From: an uncultured Bacteroidales bacterium | Lineage (GTDB): Bacteria; Bacteroidota; Bacteroidia; Bacteroidales; UBA4417 | NCBI GenBank assembly: GCA_963802185.1 | Contig: CAWDHU010000015.1 | Coordinates: 592,876-656,875, forward strand | Direction of reading: 5' to 3' | Length of the DNA: 64,000 bases | Shown here: piece after piece, positions 9,137-20,300 of the stretch | How positions within the stretch are numbered: the first letter of the stretch is position 1 | Layout: each line of letters opens with the position of its first letter | Translations under genes and position numbers: made by a program | Notes under the pieces: generated by a model | What the model saw: the letters and a program-made list of their open reading frames with translations, nothing else | The model's database searches: none | What the model was told of the DNA's origin: nothing

Positions 9137-9835
9137 CTACAGCAATCCTACAATTTCTTCCAACGAAAAAACCTCCATAGTAACCGGATCATTATGCTTT
9201 TTCTTTTCATGGTTTACATACAGCTGATCCATCCCGTTTTGTCGTGCACCAGCCATATCTACTTCCAGATCATCACCAATCATTAAGCTATCGGCTGCCA
9301 GAGCTCCTGTTTTGCGAAGCGAATATTGAAAAATTTCAGGATCGGGTTTTTTCGAACCTGCTTCTTCACTGGTAATGACATTGGTAAAGTAATGATCCAT
9401 TCCTGAATTCTTCAGTTTTCGGAATTGTACTTCTTCAAATCCATTTGTAATAATATGAAGCAGATATTTCGGATACAGGTATTCAAGTATCTCAATCGCA
9501 AATGGGAATAAGGAGGTTTTAGATGATATACCTTCAGTAAATCCATACGCCATAGCTTCTCCAAGAGTGCGGTCCTGAATTCCGAATTCGCAAAGAGTGT
9601 CATTAAACCTTCGGAAATTCAGATCGTCTTTTGCGATTTTATCTTCCCTGTACAAAGCCCAGAGCGCCAGGTTTATACCTACATATTTTTCTCTGAATGC
9701 TTCGTAGCTGACAATACCCTTATCTTTCAATTTCAATGTTTCAAACAGTTCGCGCTTGGTTTCTTCGGCGCTGCGCTCAAAATCCCACAAGGTATGATCG
9801 AGATCAAAAAAAATATGTTTATATGTTTTGCTCAT
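9137..9835 (-). CDS. HAD-IA hydrolase, YjjG-type noncanonical pyrimidine nucleotidase
   Basis: FFDLDHTLWDF (DxD motif I), the downstream HAD motifs (ITNG..., GDD) and the length all fit. The ATG at 9835 (MSKTYKHIFF...) is preferred over the TTG at 9859. Confidence 0.8.
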   Translation of the reverse strand: MSKTYKHIFFDLDHTLWDFERSAEETKRELFETLKLKDKGIVSYEAFREKYVGINLALWALYREDKIAKDDLNFRRFNDTLCEFGIQDRTLGEAMAYGFTEGISSKTSLFPFAIEILEYLYPKYLLHIITNGFEEVQFRKLKNSGMDHYFTNVITSEEAGSKKPDPEIFQYSLRKTGALAADSLMIGDDLEVDMAGARQNGMDQLYVNHEKKKHNDPVTMEVFSLEEIVGLL

Positions 9836-9957
9836 TTCTTTGGTTTTCTGTAAATGCAAAAGTAGCCTTTGCGGTTTAGAAAAAAAATTTTATTCGATTT
9901 GTCGGAAATGATCAAAAATGTCGTATTATTGCAATATCAAATTAATATCATAATAAC

Positions 9958-10824
9958 ATGGAAAAGGAAAAATTAGATTCAACCTCCACGGGCTATATGG
10001 GCCTTGTGATCCTCTTGGCATTTCTGGCCAGTGGCATTTTAATGCTGGTTTCGTTCAATCAGCAATTGTTTGGTGTGATAGCAGGTCCGATTTTCCTGCT
10101 TATTGCAGCTTTTATGGCTGCCGGGTTCCTCGTTATAAATCCAAATGAATCATCAGTGATTACGCTTTTTGGTGAATACAAGGGCACGTTGAAACGCAAT
10201 GGATTTTACTGGGTTAATCCTTTTTTTGTAAAAAAGAAAATTTCGTTGCGCGCCCGCAATTTCAACAGTGAGTTGATAAAAGTTAACGACAAATTAGGAA
10301 ATCCGATTATGATCGGAATTGTGCTCGTATGGAAAGTGGAAGAAACTTTCAAAGCTGCTTTCCAGGTAGATGACTACAACAGGTTTGTTGAAATACAAAG
10401 CGAATCGGCAGTACGTAAACTTGCAGGGCATTATGCGTACGATAATTTTGATGATGAGCAAACTGAGATTACACTTCGAGGTGGAGGTGAGGAAGTAAAT
10501 CACGTACTTGAGAAAGAACTTTCGGAGCGCCTGCATATTGCAGGGATCAATGTTATTGAAGCACGTATTGCTCACCTGGCCTATTCAGCTGAAATTGCCC
10601 AGGCTATGCTCAAACGTCAGCAGGCTACCGCCATTGTTGCAGCACGAGCTAAAATTGTAGAAGGTGCAGTTAGTATGGTCGAAATGGCATTAAATAAACT
10701 CTCGGAGCATAAGATTGTTAATCTGGATGATGAACGTAAAGCTGTAATGGTTAGTAATCTGCTGGTTGTTCTATGTTCTGACAAAGACGCTTCGCCTGTG
10801 GTTAATGCGGGTTCAATATACTAA
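9958..10824 (+). CDS. SPFH/Band 7 (stomatin/slipin-like) membrane protein
   Basis: Two N-terminal TM segments, then an SPFH-like core and a coiled-coil region ([25 protein letters not shown]). Confidence 0.7.
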   Translation: MEKEKLDSTSTGYMGLVILLAFLASGILMLVSFNQQLFGVIAGPIFLLIAAFMAAGFLVINPNESSVITLFGEYKGTLKRNGFYWVNPFFVKKKISLRARNFNSELIKVNDKLGNPIMIGIVLVWKVEETFKAAFQVDDYNRFVEIQSESAVRKLAGHYAYDNFDDEQTEITLRGGGEEVNHVLEKELSERLHIAGINVIEARIAHLAYSAEIAQAMLKRQQATAIVAARAKIVEGAVSMVEMALNKLSEHKIVNLDDERKAVMVSNLLVVLCSDKDASPVVNAGSIY

Positions 10825-10825
10825 G

Positions 10826-11362
10826 ATGACAACACGACTAATTTATAGGGAAGAACAATCGTTCCGGCAGTCATTTATACCATGGCTCATGCTGGTTGCT
10901 ATACTCTTTGTGATTGGAGGCATTAGTGTGAGTTTTTACCAGCAGTTATATCTTGGCAAACCGTATGGTAATGAACCAATGAGTAACAATGGCCTGATCT
11001 GGGGTAGCATAATTTCTTTTGTAGTGATGTCTGCTGCTTTCATTTTAATACTGAGTGGCAGAATGGTAACAGAGATCTGGACCGATGGGATCAGATTTAA
11101 TTTTTCACCTTTTATCCGAAAAATGCGACATATTCCACTTGCCGATATAACGTCCGTTGAAGTCGCAAAATACAGACCTCTTGTTGAATTTGGCGGATGG
11201 GGTTTCAGGAAACGTTTGTTATCAAGGAAAACTGCTTATAATATCAGTGGCAGAATAGGAATGAGGGTAATAAAGAAAAATGGTAGCCAGGTGATGTTTG
11301 GTACTCAAAAGCAGGAAGAAATGAAACGTGCGGTTGAAAAGATGTTATTGCAGGATAGATAG
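10826..11362 (+). CDS. Hypothetical membrane protein
   Basis: The ATG lies 1 nt after the upstream stop. Two TM segments are followed by a basic soluble domain. No family recognised. Confidence 0.5.
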   Translation: MTTRLIYREEQSFRQSFIPWLMLVAILFVIGGISVSFYQQLYLGKPYGNEPMSNNGLIWGSIISFVVMSAAFILILSGRMVTEIWTDGIRFNFSPFIRKMRHIPLADITSVEVAKYRPLVEFGGWGFRKRLLSRKTAYNISGRIGMRVIKKNGSQVMFGTQKQEEMKRAVEKMLLQDR

Positions 11363-11394
11363 AAGGATGTAATTGATCTAAATTTTAAACAGCA

Positions 11395-12789
11395 ATGAAT
11401 AAAAAAATAACATTTATATTTTTAATGGTTTGCTTAACATTTGCAAGCTTTGCCCAGGATATTACCGGGCAGTGGAATGGGATGTTGGACGTTCGAGGAA
11501 TGCAGTTAAGATTAGTTTTTAACATTTCTAAAACTGATTCCGGATATAGCTCTACCATGGACAGCCCCGACCAGGGTGCAAAGGGCATTCCTGTTACTTC
11601 TACCACTTTCGAAAACCCAAAACTGGTTCTGGAAGTAGCCGGTGCAGGAATTGAATATGAAGGAGAATTGAAGGAAGGTATTATAACAGGCACTTTCAGG
11701 CAAAGAGGTCAATCGTTTGCTTTGGATTTAAAACGAGAGTCTATTGAAAAAGCCATATTAATAAGACCCCAGGAACCTGTTAAACCCTATCCATATTCAT
11801 CAGAGGAAGTAATTTTTAAAAACGAAAAAGCAAATATCAATTTAGCCGGAACGCTTACGTTTCCAGCAAAAGTAGGAAATTCCCCTGCTGTCATTTTGAT
11901 TACAGGAAGCGGACCACAAAACAGGGATGAGGAACTTATGGGTCATAAGCCATTTCTTGTGTTGTCTGATTATTTGACACGAAACGGGATTGCTGTATTG
12001 CGTTATGATGATAGGGGCACTGCAGAATCAAAAGGTGACTTTAAAACAGCTACAAGTGAAGATTTCGCAACTGACGTGGAAGCTGCCATTGCCTATTTGA
12101 AAACAAGGAAAGAAATCAATAAAAAGAAAATCGGACTGATCGGGCATAGTGAAGGTGGACTAATTGCACCTATGGTAGCTTCAAAATCAAAAGATGTGAG
12201 TTTTATAGTATTACTGGCAGGTCCCGGCATAAAAGGCAGCCAATTGTTATTGATGCAGCAGGAACTGATTGGCAGAGCATCGGGTTTACCTGAAAGTGAA
12301 TTGCAAAAGTCAAAGGAAATCAACAGTGCTGTTTTTGATATGGTTATAAAAACAACCAACACTGAAAAGTTAAGAAGCGAACTTACAAATTACCTGATAC
12401 AAAAATCTAAAGAATCGCCAGATGCCCAAAAAGCGGGAGAAAAGAATGATTCTGTTATGATAAAGGCTCAGGTCAATCAAATTACAAGCCCGTGGATGTT
12501 GTACTTTCTCAGGTATGATCCGGCACCAGTATTACAAAAAGTGAAGTGCCCGGTTTTAGCTTTGAATGGTGAAAAAGACCTGCAGGTTCCGCCGAAGGAA
12601 GATTTATCAGCAATAAAAACTGCATTGTTCAAAGGAGGGAATAAAAATGTAACCGCAATAGAATTACCAAATTTGAACCACTTATTTCAGGAATGTAAAA
12701 CGGGTCTTCCAGCAGAATACGCTCAGATTGAACAAACATTATCACCGGCAGCTTTAAATGAAATCACAAAATGGATAAAACTACGATAA
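11395..12789 (+). CDS. Secreted alpha/beta-fold hydrolase
   Basis: Signal peptide (SFA|Q), nucleophile elbow GHSEGG and a late HLF region. Confidence 0.7.
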   Translation: MNKKITFIFLMVCLTFASFAQDITGQWNGMLDVRGMQLRLVFNISKTDSGYSSTMDSPDQGAKGIPVTSTTFENPKLVLEVAGAGIEYEGELKEGIITGTFRQRGQSFALDLKRESIEKAILIRPQEPVKPYPYSSEEVIFKNEKANINLAGTLTFPAKVGNSPAVILITGSGPQNRDEELMGHKPFLVLSDYLTRNGIAVLRYDDRGTAESKGDFKTATSEDFATDVEAAIAYLKTRKEINKKKIGLIGHSEGGLIAPMVASKSKDVSFIVLLAGPGIKGSQLLLMQQELIGRASGLPESELQKSKEINSAVFDMVIKTTNTEKLRSELTNYLIQKSKESPDAQKAGEKNDSVMIKAQVNQITSPWMLYFLRYDPAPVLQKVKCPVLALNGEKDLQVPPKEDLSAIKTALFKGGNKNVTAIELPNLNHLFQECKTGLPAEYAQIEQTLSPAALNEITKWIKLR

Positions 12790-12828
12790 GAACTAAAATG
12801 CCGAAAGCCGTTAAATAAGGAAAATAAG

Positions 12829-13011
12829 ATGTCGAAGAAAAAAGTATTTGCCTTGCGTCTTGATGAAGAAATTTATGCAGCTATTGAACGATGGTCTGCT
12901 GATGAATTTCGGAGTACCAATGGGCAAATGGAATGGATAATAAGCAAGGCTTTAAAAGATGCCCGGAGATTCCCAACTCCAGCGGGTGAAGAAAAAACTG
13001 ATACTGAATAA
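12829..13011 (+). CDS. Arc/HicB-like ribbon-helix-helix DNA-binding protein
   Basis: 60 aa. FALRLDEEIYAAIERWSADEFRSTNGQMEWIISKAL fits the beta-strand plus two helices pattern of Arc-like antitoxin or repressor proteins. No toxin partner is adjacent. Confidence 0.5.
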   Translation: MSKKKVFALRLDEEIYAAIERWSADEFRSTNGQMEWIISKALKDARRFPTPAGEEKTDTE

Positions 13012-13012
13012 T

Positions 13013-13043
13013 AAAAAAGCGGCAGGAAATTAATCCTGCCGCT
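13013..13043. terminator. Bidirectional terminator hairpin
   Basis: AGCGGCAGGA-aattaa-TCCTGCCGCT (10-bp stem), preceded by an A6 run that supplies the U-tract for the minus-strand DUF1573 gene. Only a weak T tract is present on the plus side. Confidence 0.65.
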
Positions 13044-13075
13044 TTCGGTGGTATCGGTACGAAATTTATTTAGCC

Positions 13076-13498
13076 TTATTTTTTTGTTATAACAGTCCCT
13101 TTAATTAAAAGCATAACCGGATTAGGGTCGGCATTGGTTGTTACTGTTATGCTTTTGGTGAATGCACCCATGGCTGCAGCATTATAAGTGGCGGCAACAA
13201 TAGTAGATTTTCCCGGTAAAATGGGTTCCTGTGAGTACTTCAGGTTTGTACAGCCACAACCAGCTTTTGCTGTTTGGATCAGTAAGGGTTCTTTCCCTTC
13301 ATTCGTAAGCTTAAATTCAGCTTCTTTAGGAATTCCCTGTTCAATTTCGCCAAAATCACTAACAGTTTTATCCCATTTTGCTTTTGGGGCATTCGGGTTA
13401 ACAACGGCACTGGTTTGAGCTGTGGCACTGGCGGTTTGTGCATTTGCCTGGCTGAAGCCAATTACAAAGATTACAGCAATTAAAAGAAAGTTTTTCAT
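13076..13498 (-). CDS. DUF1573 domain protein (secreted)
   Basis: Signal peptide (ANA|Q). The motif AKAGCGCT and the 140-aa size are typical of DUF1573. Confidence 0.7.
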   Translation of the reverse strand: MKNFLLIAVIFVIGFSQANAQTASATAQTSAVVNPNAPKAKWDKTVSDFGEIEQGIPKEAEFKLTNEGKEPLLIQTAKAGCGCTNLKYSQEPILPGKSTIVAATYNAAAMGAFTKSITVTTNADPNPVMLLIKGTVITKK

Positions 13499-13537
13499 TA
13501 GTTATCAGATTATTAGAGTTTAGTCTTGCAAAGAACG

Positions 13538-13615
13538 TGTAAAATGACAAGGATCATTTAAAGGAAATGTAAAACAATACAAATAAAATGTAAAAGAGTG
13601 TAAACGAAATGTAAA
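13538..13615. promoter_or_regulatory. Array of five TGTAAA motifs spaced at roughly whole helical turns
   Basis: TGTAAA starts at 13538, 13568, 13589, 13599 and 13610 (spacings 30, 21, 10 and 11 nt). Three copies extend to AAATGTAAA. The array lies 40-117 nt upstream of the DUF1573 start, in the 858-nt AT-rich divergent region. Confidence 0.4.
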
Positions 13616-14356
13616 TTCTTTCTTCCTGTCAGCATAAAGAAAGGTCAAATTCAAAATACCGGAATTATATTTTCCTGATTTAGACAAATTAATATTTTGT
13701 TTTAGAAGGACCAGATCTCTTGAAAATTAAGATATGTAATTTCTGGTATTCAAGATTTCAGAACACTAGAAATCAAAAGGTATGAATATTTTAAATGATA
13801 TAAATACCTACAAATGAAGGTTATATCATGTTTAACAACCGGTTGTTCAAGTTGGAAAATTAACGAATATATGTTCCAATAAAGGTTGATTCATAATCAC
13901 ATTATTAACTAATAATACGAATAAATTATTTTCATAAAAAAATAAAAATGTGTTAATAAATTTGGATATGTTCAGTTTGTGCGCTAAAATGAAATATTCC
14001 TAATCCATCTCTAAAACAATATCTTCAATGCAAAATATAATGTTTTTTTATCCTGAATTTTCCTTAAAGTGAATATTGTTTTCGTACGAAAAAACTGTAA
14101 AGTAAGAATAATTTACATATTTCAAACGAAAGTGCTTTTTAGCTATGACTTTTCCATTACTTGTTTATAAATAAGTGAACCAGAATAAGCTTTTCAGAAG
14201 GATTTGGTCATATGAGCAAGTAAAGTACTCCTGGGATTTTTATGATTCATTTGAAGACGCCATATAGTGTTCTGGATATTAGGCGTATACTAATAATTTA
14301 TTTGAAAATCGAAAAGGAAGTCAACACAAAACGAAAAAGTTAAGCCACTTGCTAAA

Positions 14357-17300
14357 TTGAAAAAAATACTCCAATCCAAGCATTATTTTCTTATCGGACT
14401 ATTCATGGCACTTCAAGCTGCCGGGAATATGGCTTATGGAGCTGTAAGGATTGCCATTGTTAGTGGTGATTGGAGTAATCCAATTACCTGGGGTGGTGCT
14501 TCTGTTCCAACCAATGCAGATGACATTACAATTAATGCTGGTGTTATTGTCGTAATGGATGTAAACGGGAATTGCAGAACCATTACAGATATGCCAGGTG
14601 GCTCAATTGCAGGACCAGGAATGTTGAAAATTACAGGAAACTTGGGTGTAGCAATTACCAATGTTTCGGGCACAGCCTCTATTAACTGCTCATTGTTAAT
14701 GCCTGATGACGCTTCAATCACAGTTAACGGGACTTTAACTATATCCGGCGTTATCAGCGGGGCTGCAATTAATCTGATTAAAAATGGAGCCGGAAAACTC
14801 ATCCTTTCAGGAACCAACCTTTATGACGGGATTACCACCGTAAATGCTGGGATATTAAATTTACAAAATGGACAAGGTGCAGGGACAGCTATTAATGGGA
14901 TAATTGTAAATGATCCCGGACAATTGGAGCTTGAAAGCACAATAATGATGTTTATTAATGAATCATTAAGCATTTCAGGGACAGGAGTAACTGGAGGTGC
15001 ATTAAACAATGTGACAGGGACTAATGTGTTGTTTGGCCCTATTACAATAGATGGAGTTGATACAAGGATTAACATCGCAGCTGGTGACTTGTTAATTTTC
15101 AATTCCATCGACCTGAAAAACAATGTTCTTACTTTTCAAGGTTCTTCAAATACTTTCATTGCAGGAGTTGTTACAAATACAGGCACCGGGAGTATCATCA
15201 AAGCAGGAACAGGAGATCTTAGTTTTGGCACCCAGGTTGTAACAATCTATTCTCTTACCCTTAATGATGGAAGGTTAATATCCACTACCGGTAACCTTAA
15301 TTTGGCCGGTGATTTCAATAATAATAGCGGAATATTTGATCCTAACGGTGGTACAATTGACATGAATGGTGGTGTAAACCAATTCATTGGCGGCGCTCAA
15401 CAGACTTTATTTAATAATCTGGTTATCAACAATGCATCCGGAGTAACGCTGGGAAACAGTGAGTCTGTTGATGGAGTCTTAACATTAAGTAACGGTAGGC
15501 TTACCCTTGGTACGAATAATCTCACTCTAGGCCTGGCTCCGGTTGCAGGTACTCCATCTGTTTCGAATATGATCGTAACAAATGGTACAGGCGAATGTCG
15601 CAGGGTGTTCACTACGAATGATTCGTATGTATTCCCTGTTGGAGATGTTAACGGTACCCCGGATTATTCACCTGTTACATTGAGTTTTACATCAGGCACT
15701 TTTTCCCCGGCAGCATATGCAGGTGTAAGAGTAATTGATGGAGTGCATCCTGATAATGCAAGTGCAACTGATTATCTTACCAGGTACTGGACCGTTTCCC
15801 AGTCGGGTATAACTGCTTTTACATACGATTTAACCGGAACGTTTATAAACTCAACCGATGATATATCCGGCAATATTGCAAATATAATTACGGGTATGTG
15901 GAACGGGTCGTTATGGGAGAACAATAACCCGGTAACTGCACCTACTATTTCAGCCACAGGAGTTACATCTTCGGGTGACTTTACAGGGATTTCACTAACA
16001 ACGTCCCCATTTCCAACCATTACTCTTGGCGCAAACCCAAGTATCTGCAGTGGTTCTCTGTCTGCTTCCCTGCCTTATACTTCTACAGCAAAATCGCCTG
16101 ACCAGTACTCTATTAATTGGAATGTAGCAGCATTATCTGCCGGTTTCTCTGATGTTCCTCTTACCTCCCTGCCATCATCTCCTATAGTAATTGATGTTCC
16201 GATTGGTGCCCCAGCAAATACATATACAGGTAGTATTACTGTGTATAATTCAATTAGCGGAGAAAGTAGCACCGGGGCAATTTTTATAGTAACTATAAAT
16301 CCAGACCCTACTGTTACAATTGCGAATCAGACCAATGTAAATTGCTACGGCAACAGTACGGGCGACATTGATATATTAGTAACAGGTGGAACGCCGGTAT
16401 ATACTTATTCATGGACCAAAAATGGATCAGCTATTGCCGAAACAACAGAAGATTTAAGCGGGCTGGCAGCAGGTGTATATTCAGTAACTGTATTTGACAG
16501 TAAAAGCTGCAGTACAATCCAAACTGCAACCATTACCCAGCCTGTGACCGACTTATCCGCATCACTTACATCAATAACCGATGTAAATTGTTTTGGTTAT
16601 ACCACGGGAGCCATAGATATGACAGTAACAGGTGGAACCACTTCATATACCTATTCCTGGACCAAAAATGGCTCTGCCTTTACCCCGACGACAGAAGATT
16701 TAACCGGACTGGCAGCAGGGGTTTATGAACTAACTGTTACTGACAGCAATGGCTGCGGCACCACCCAAACGGCAACCATTACCCAGCCTGTTTCTGGTTT
16801 ATCTGCATCACTCATATCAAAAACGAATGTAAATTGTTTTGGTAACACCACTGGAGCCATAAATTTAACGGTAACAGGAGGAACGCCGGCTTATACTTAT
16901 TCCTGGACAAAAGACGGATCAGCATTTGCCCCGACAACAGAAGATTTAGCAGGGCTAGCAACAGGAACCTATAAAGTGACGGTAAATGACAGCAAAGGCT
17001 GCATCACCACACTAATAGCAACTATTACCCAGCCCGATGCACTAGGCTTGGTTTTAACACCAATCAACGCCACCTGCTTTGGAGGCAACAAGTCGATATT
17101 GGCTTCTGTTACCGGCACACCACTCAGCGATCTTCAGATCAATATTGATGGAGGTGCATTTGCAGCAGTTGTTGCCAACCCGGTCGTATTTAACAGCATT
17201 ACGGCGGGCAGCCACACAATTATTCTTCGCAGGATTTCAGATAATAGTTGTACAGTAACAAAGATAGAAAGTGTAACAGAACCTGCAATATTAACTGCCG

Positions 17301-20300
17301 GTTCCATAGCTGCTGACCAATCGATCTGTTACAATGCTGTTCCGGCGGGGTTAATAGAACTTACACAACCAACAGGAGGTGTTGGTTCTTATATCTACCA
17401 ATGGCAAAACTCAACAACCGGTGCTGCACCCTGGACAGATATACCAGGAGCTAACTCATTCGCCTACTCTCCGGGACAGTTGACAACAACAACCTGGTTT
17501 CGCAGGTCAGTATCTTCTGGCAGTTGTATGCCAGTTTACAGTCCCGGTATCAAAATCACTGTTTATGATTTGTTGAGCGGAGGATCAATCGGGTCAGATC
17601 AGTCGATTTGTTATAATGCTATACCGAATGCCTTTACTAATGATATAAATCCAACAGGAGGAATAGCTTTAACCTATCAGTGGCAGCAAAAAGTTGGTGC
17701 AGGTTTATGGACAAACATTGGAGGTGCAACAAATTTAATATATTCTGTACCTTCCAGTCTGACTCAAACAACTCAATACCGCAGAATAACCTTATCCGGT
17801 TCGGGTTGTGGTACAGCTTATTCGAATGAGATTACTATTTCTGTTCATCCAAACCTTACAGGGGGGACTATTGGAATAACCCAGACGATCTGTTATAATA
17901 CAATTCCCACAGGGCTTACAGAACTGTCTCCACCAACCGGCGGCACGGGAATTTATACCTATCAATGGCAGAGTTCGCCCAATAATATTACCTGGACCAA
18001 TATTTCAGGTTCCACTTCAGCTTCTTATTCACCTGGAGCATTGCTGACCAATACTTATTTTAGAAGGGTGGTTTCATCGGGAAGTTGTGGAACCGCTTAT
18101 ACATTTGGCGTTTTAATTTCAGTGCGCCCCGATCTGACAGTCCCGGTAGCATCCGTCGACAGGACTATTTGTTATAATACCATACCAGCAGCACTATCTG
18201 CTTCAGCAGCTTCCGGTGGGAGCGGAATATTCACATACCAATGGCAATCAAGTCCGGATAATTCAGTATGGACGAATATTACAGGAGCAACCAATTACAG
18301 TACGTATTCTCCACCAGTTTTAACAAGTACAAGTTATTACAGACTGGTAGCTACATCTGCAGGCCTGCCTGCCTGTGGAACAGTAACAAGTAATGTTGTA
18401 ATAATAACTGTGCTTCCTGAGTTGATTTCTCCTGTTGTAACTGCTGATCAGACGATTTGCTATAATACAGTACCGCTTCAACTTACTTCTACAACTGCTT
18501 CCGGCGGAAATAATACCTTCATCTACCAGTGGTTTTCAAGTTTGAATAATCTTTCCTGGTCCTATCTCAGCGGGGCAACAGGGTTAACCTATCAGCCTTC
18601 TTCATTAACTGCATCGACACATTACCATGTTATAGCTACTGCAACAGGAACACCGTCATGCGGAAGTGTAACAAGCAATCCTGTTCTTATTACTGTTAAT
18701 CCTAACTTAACTTCGGGTACAATAGGCACATCACAAATGATATGTTACAATACCATTCCGGCTAGGCTAACAGAGCTTACCTCAACAACTGGCGGCACAG
18801 GAAGTTATACGTATCAATGGCAGAGTTCGCCCAATAATTTTACCTGGACCAATATTTTAGATTCTACTTCTTCGTCATATTCACCAGGTGCCTTATCAGC
18901 CAGTACCTATTTCCGAAGGGTTGTTTCATCAGGAAGTTGTGGTACAGTAACTAGTTCAGGTATTTTATTATCCGTGCGCCCTGATCTGACAGCCCCTGTA
19001 GCATCAAGCGACCGGACTATTTGTTACAATTCCGTACCTGCAGCATTATCAGCTACAACTGCTTCCGGTGGAAGTGGATTGTTCACATATCAATGGCAAT
19101 CAAGTCCGGATAATTCAGTATGGACGAATATTACAGGGGCAACCAATTACAGTACGTATTCTCCGCCAGTTTTAACAAGTACAAGTTATTACCGACTGTT
19201 AGCTATATCTACAGGCCTTCCCGCCTGCGGAACAGTAACAAGTAATGTTGTGACAATCACTGTGCTTCCTGAGCTGATTTCTCCTGTTGTAACTGCTGAT
19301 CAGACGATTTGTTATAATACGGTACCTCTGCAACTTACTTCTACTGCTTCTTCCGGAGGAAATGATACATTCATTTATCAATGGTTTTCAAGTTTGAATA
19401 ATACTTCCTGGTCATATATCAGTGGGGCAACAGGGTTAACTTATCAGCCTTCTTCATTAGCTGCATCTACATATTTCCATGTTATAGCGACAGCCACAGG
19501 TACACCAGCCTGCGGCGGACAAATAAGCAATTCAGTTTTAATAACTGTTAATCCTAATCTTACTTCCGGGACGATTGGCACTGCCCAAACGATTTGTTAT
19601 AATGCAATTCCTGAAAGGCTAACAGAACTAACATCGGCAACCGGAGGCTCAGGTAGTTACTCCTATCAGTGGCAGAGTTCACCCAATAATTTTACCTGGA
19701 CCAATATTTCAGATTCTATTTCAGCTGCATTCTCTCCAGGAGCATTATTGGCCAGTACGTATTTCAGAAGGGCCATATCATCTGGAAGTTGTGGTACAGC
19801 ATACTCTTTTGGTATTTTAATAACAGTACGCCCCAACATAACTGCTCCTGTTGTTTCGGGAAACAGGACAATTTGTTATAATACAGCACCAGGATCATTA
19901 ACAGCAACAGCGGCTTCAGGAGGGAGTGGAACATTCACATATCAATGGCAATCAAGTCCGGATAACTCAATATGGACAAATATACCAGGAGCAACCAATT
20001 ACAGTACTTATTCTCCCATGGCCCTTGCAAGTACATGCTATTATCGGCTGGTAGCAACACCAACTGGTACGCCTTCCTGTGGAGCAGTATCAAGCAATAT
20101 TGTAAAAATAACAGTGCTCCCGGAACTAATTTCACCTTTAGCTTCTGCTGATCAATCAATCTGTTATAATACGGCACCTCTCCAACTAACTTCCACTCCA
20201 GCTTCAGGTGGAAATGGAACATTTACTTACCAATGGTATTCAAGTTCGAATAATATTACCTGGTCATTTATCAGCGGTGCAACAGGATTAACCTATCAGC

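Noticed and set aside
10766-10825. A 5' extension of the membrane-protein ORF that overlaps the SPFH gene by 59 nt.
   Set aside because: The ATG at 10826, one nucleotide after the SPFH stop, gives a sensible N-terminus (MTTRLIYREEQ...). The extension lies inside the upstream coding region.
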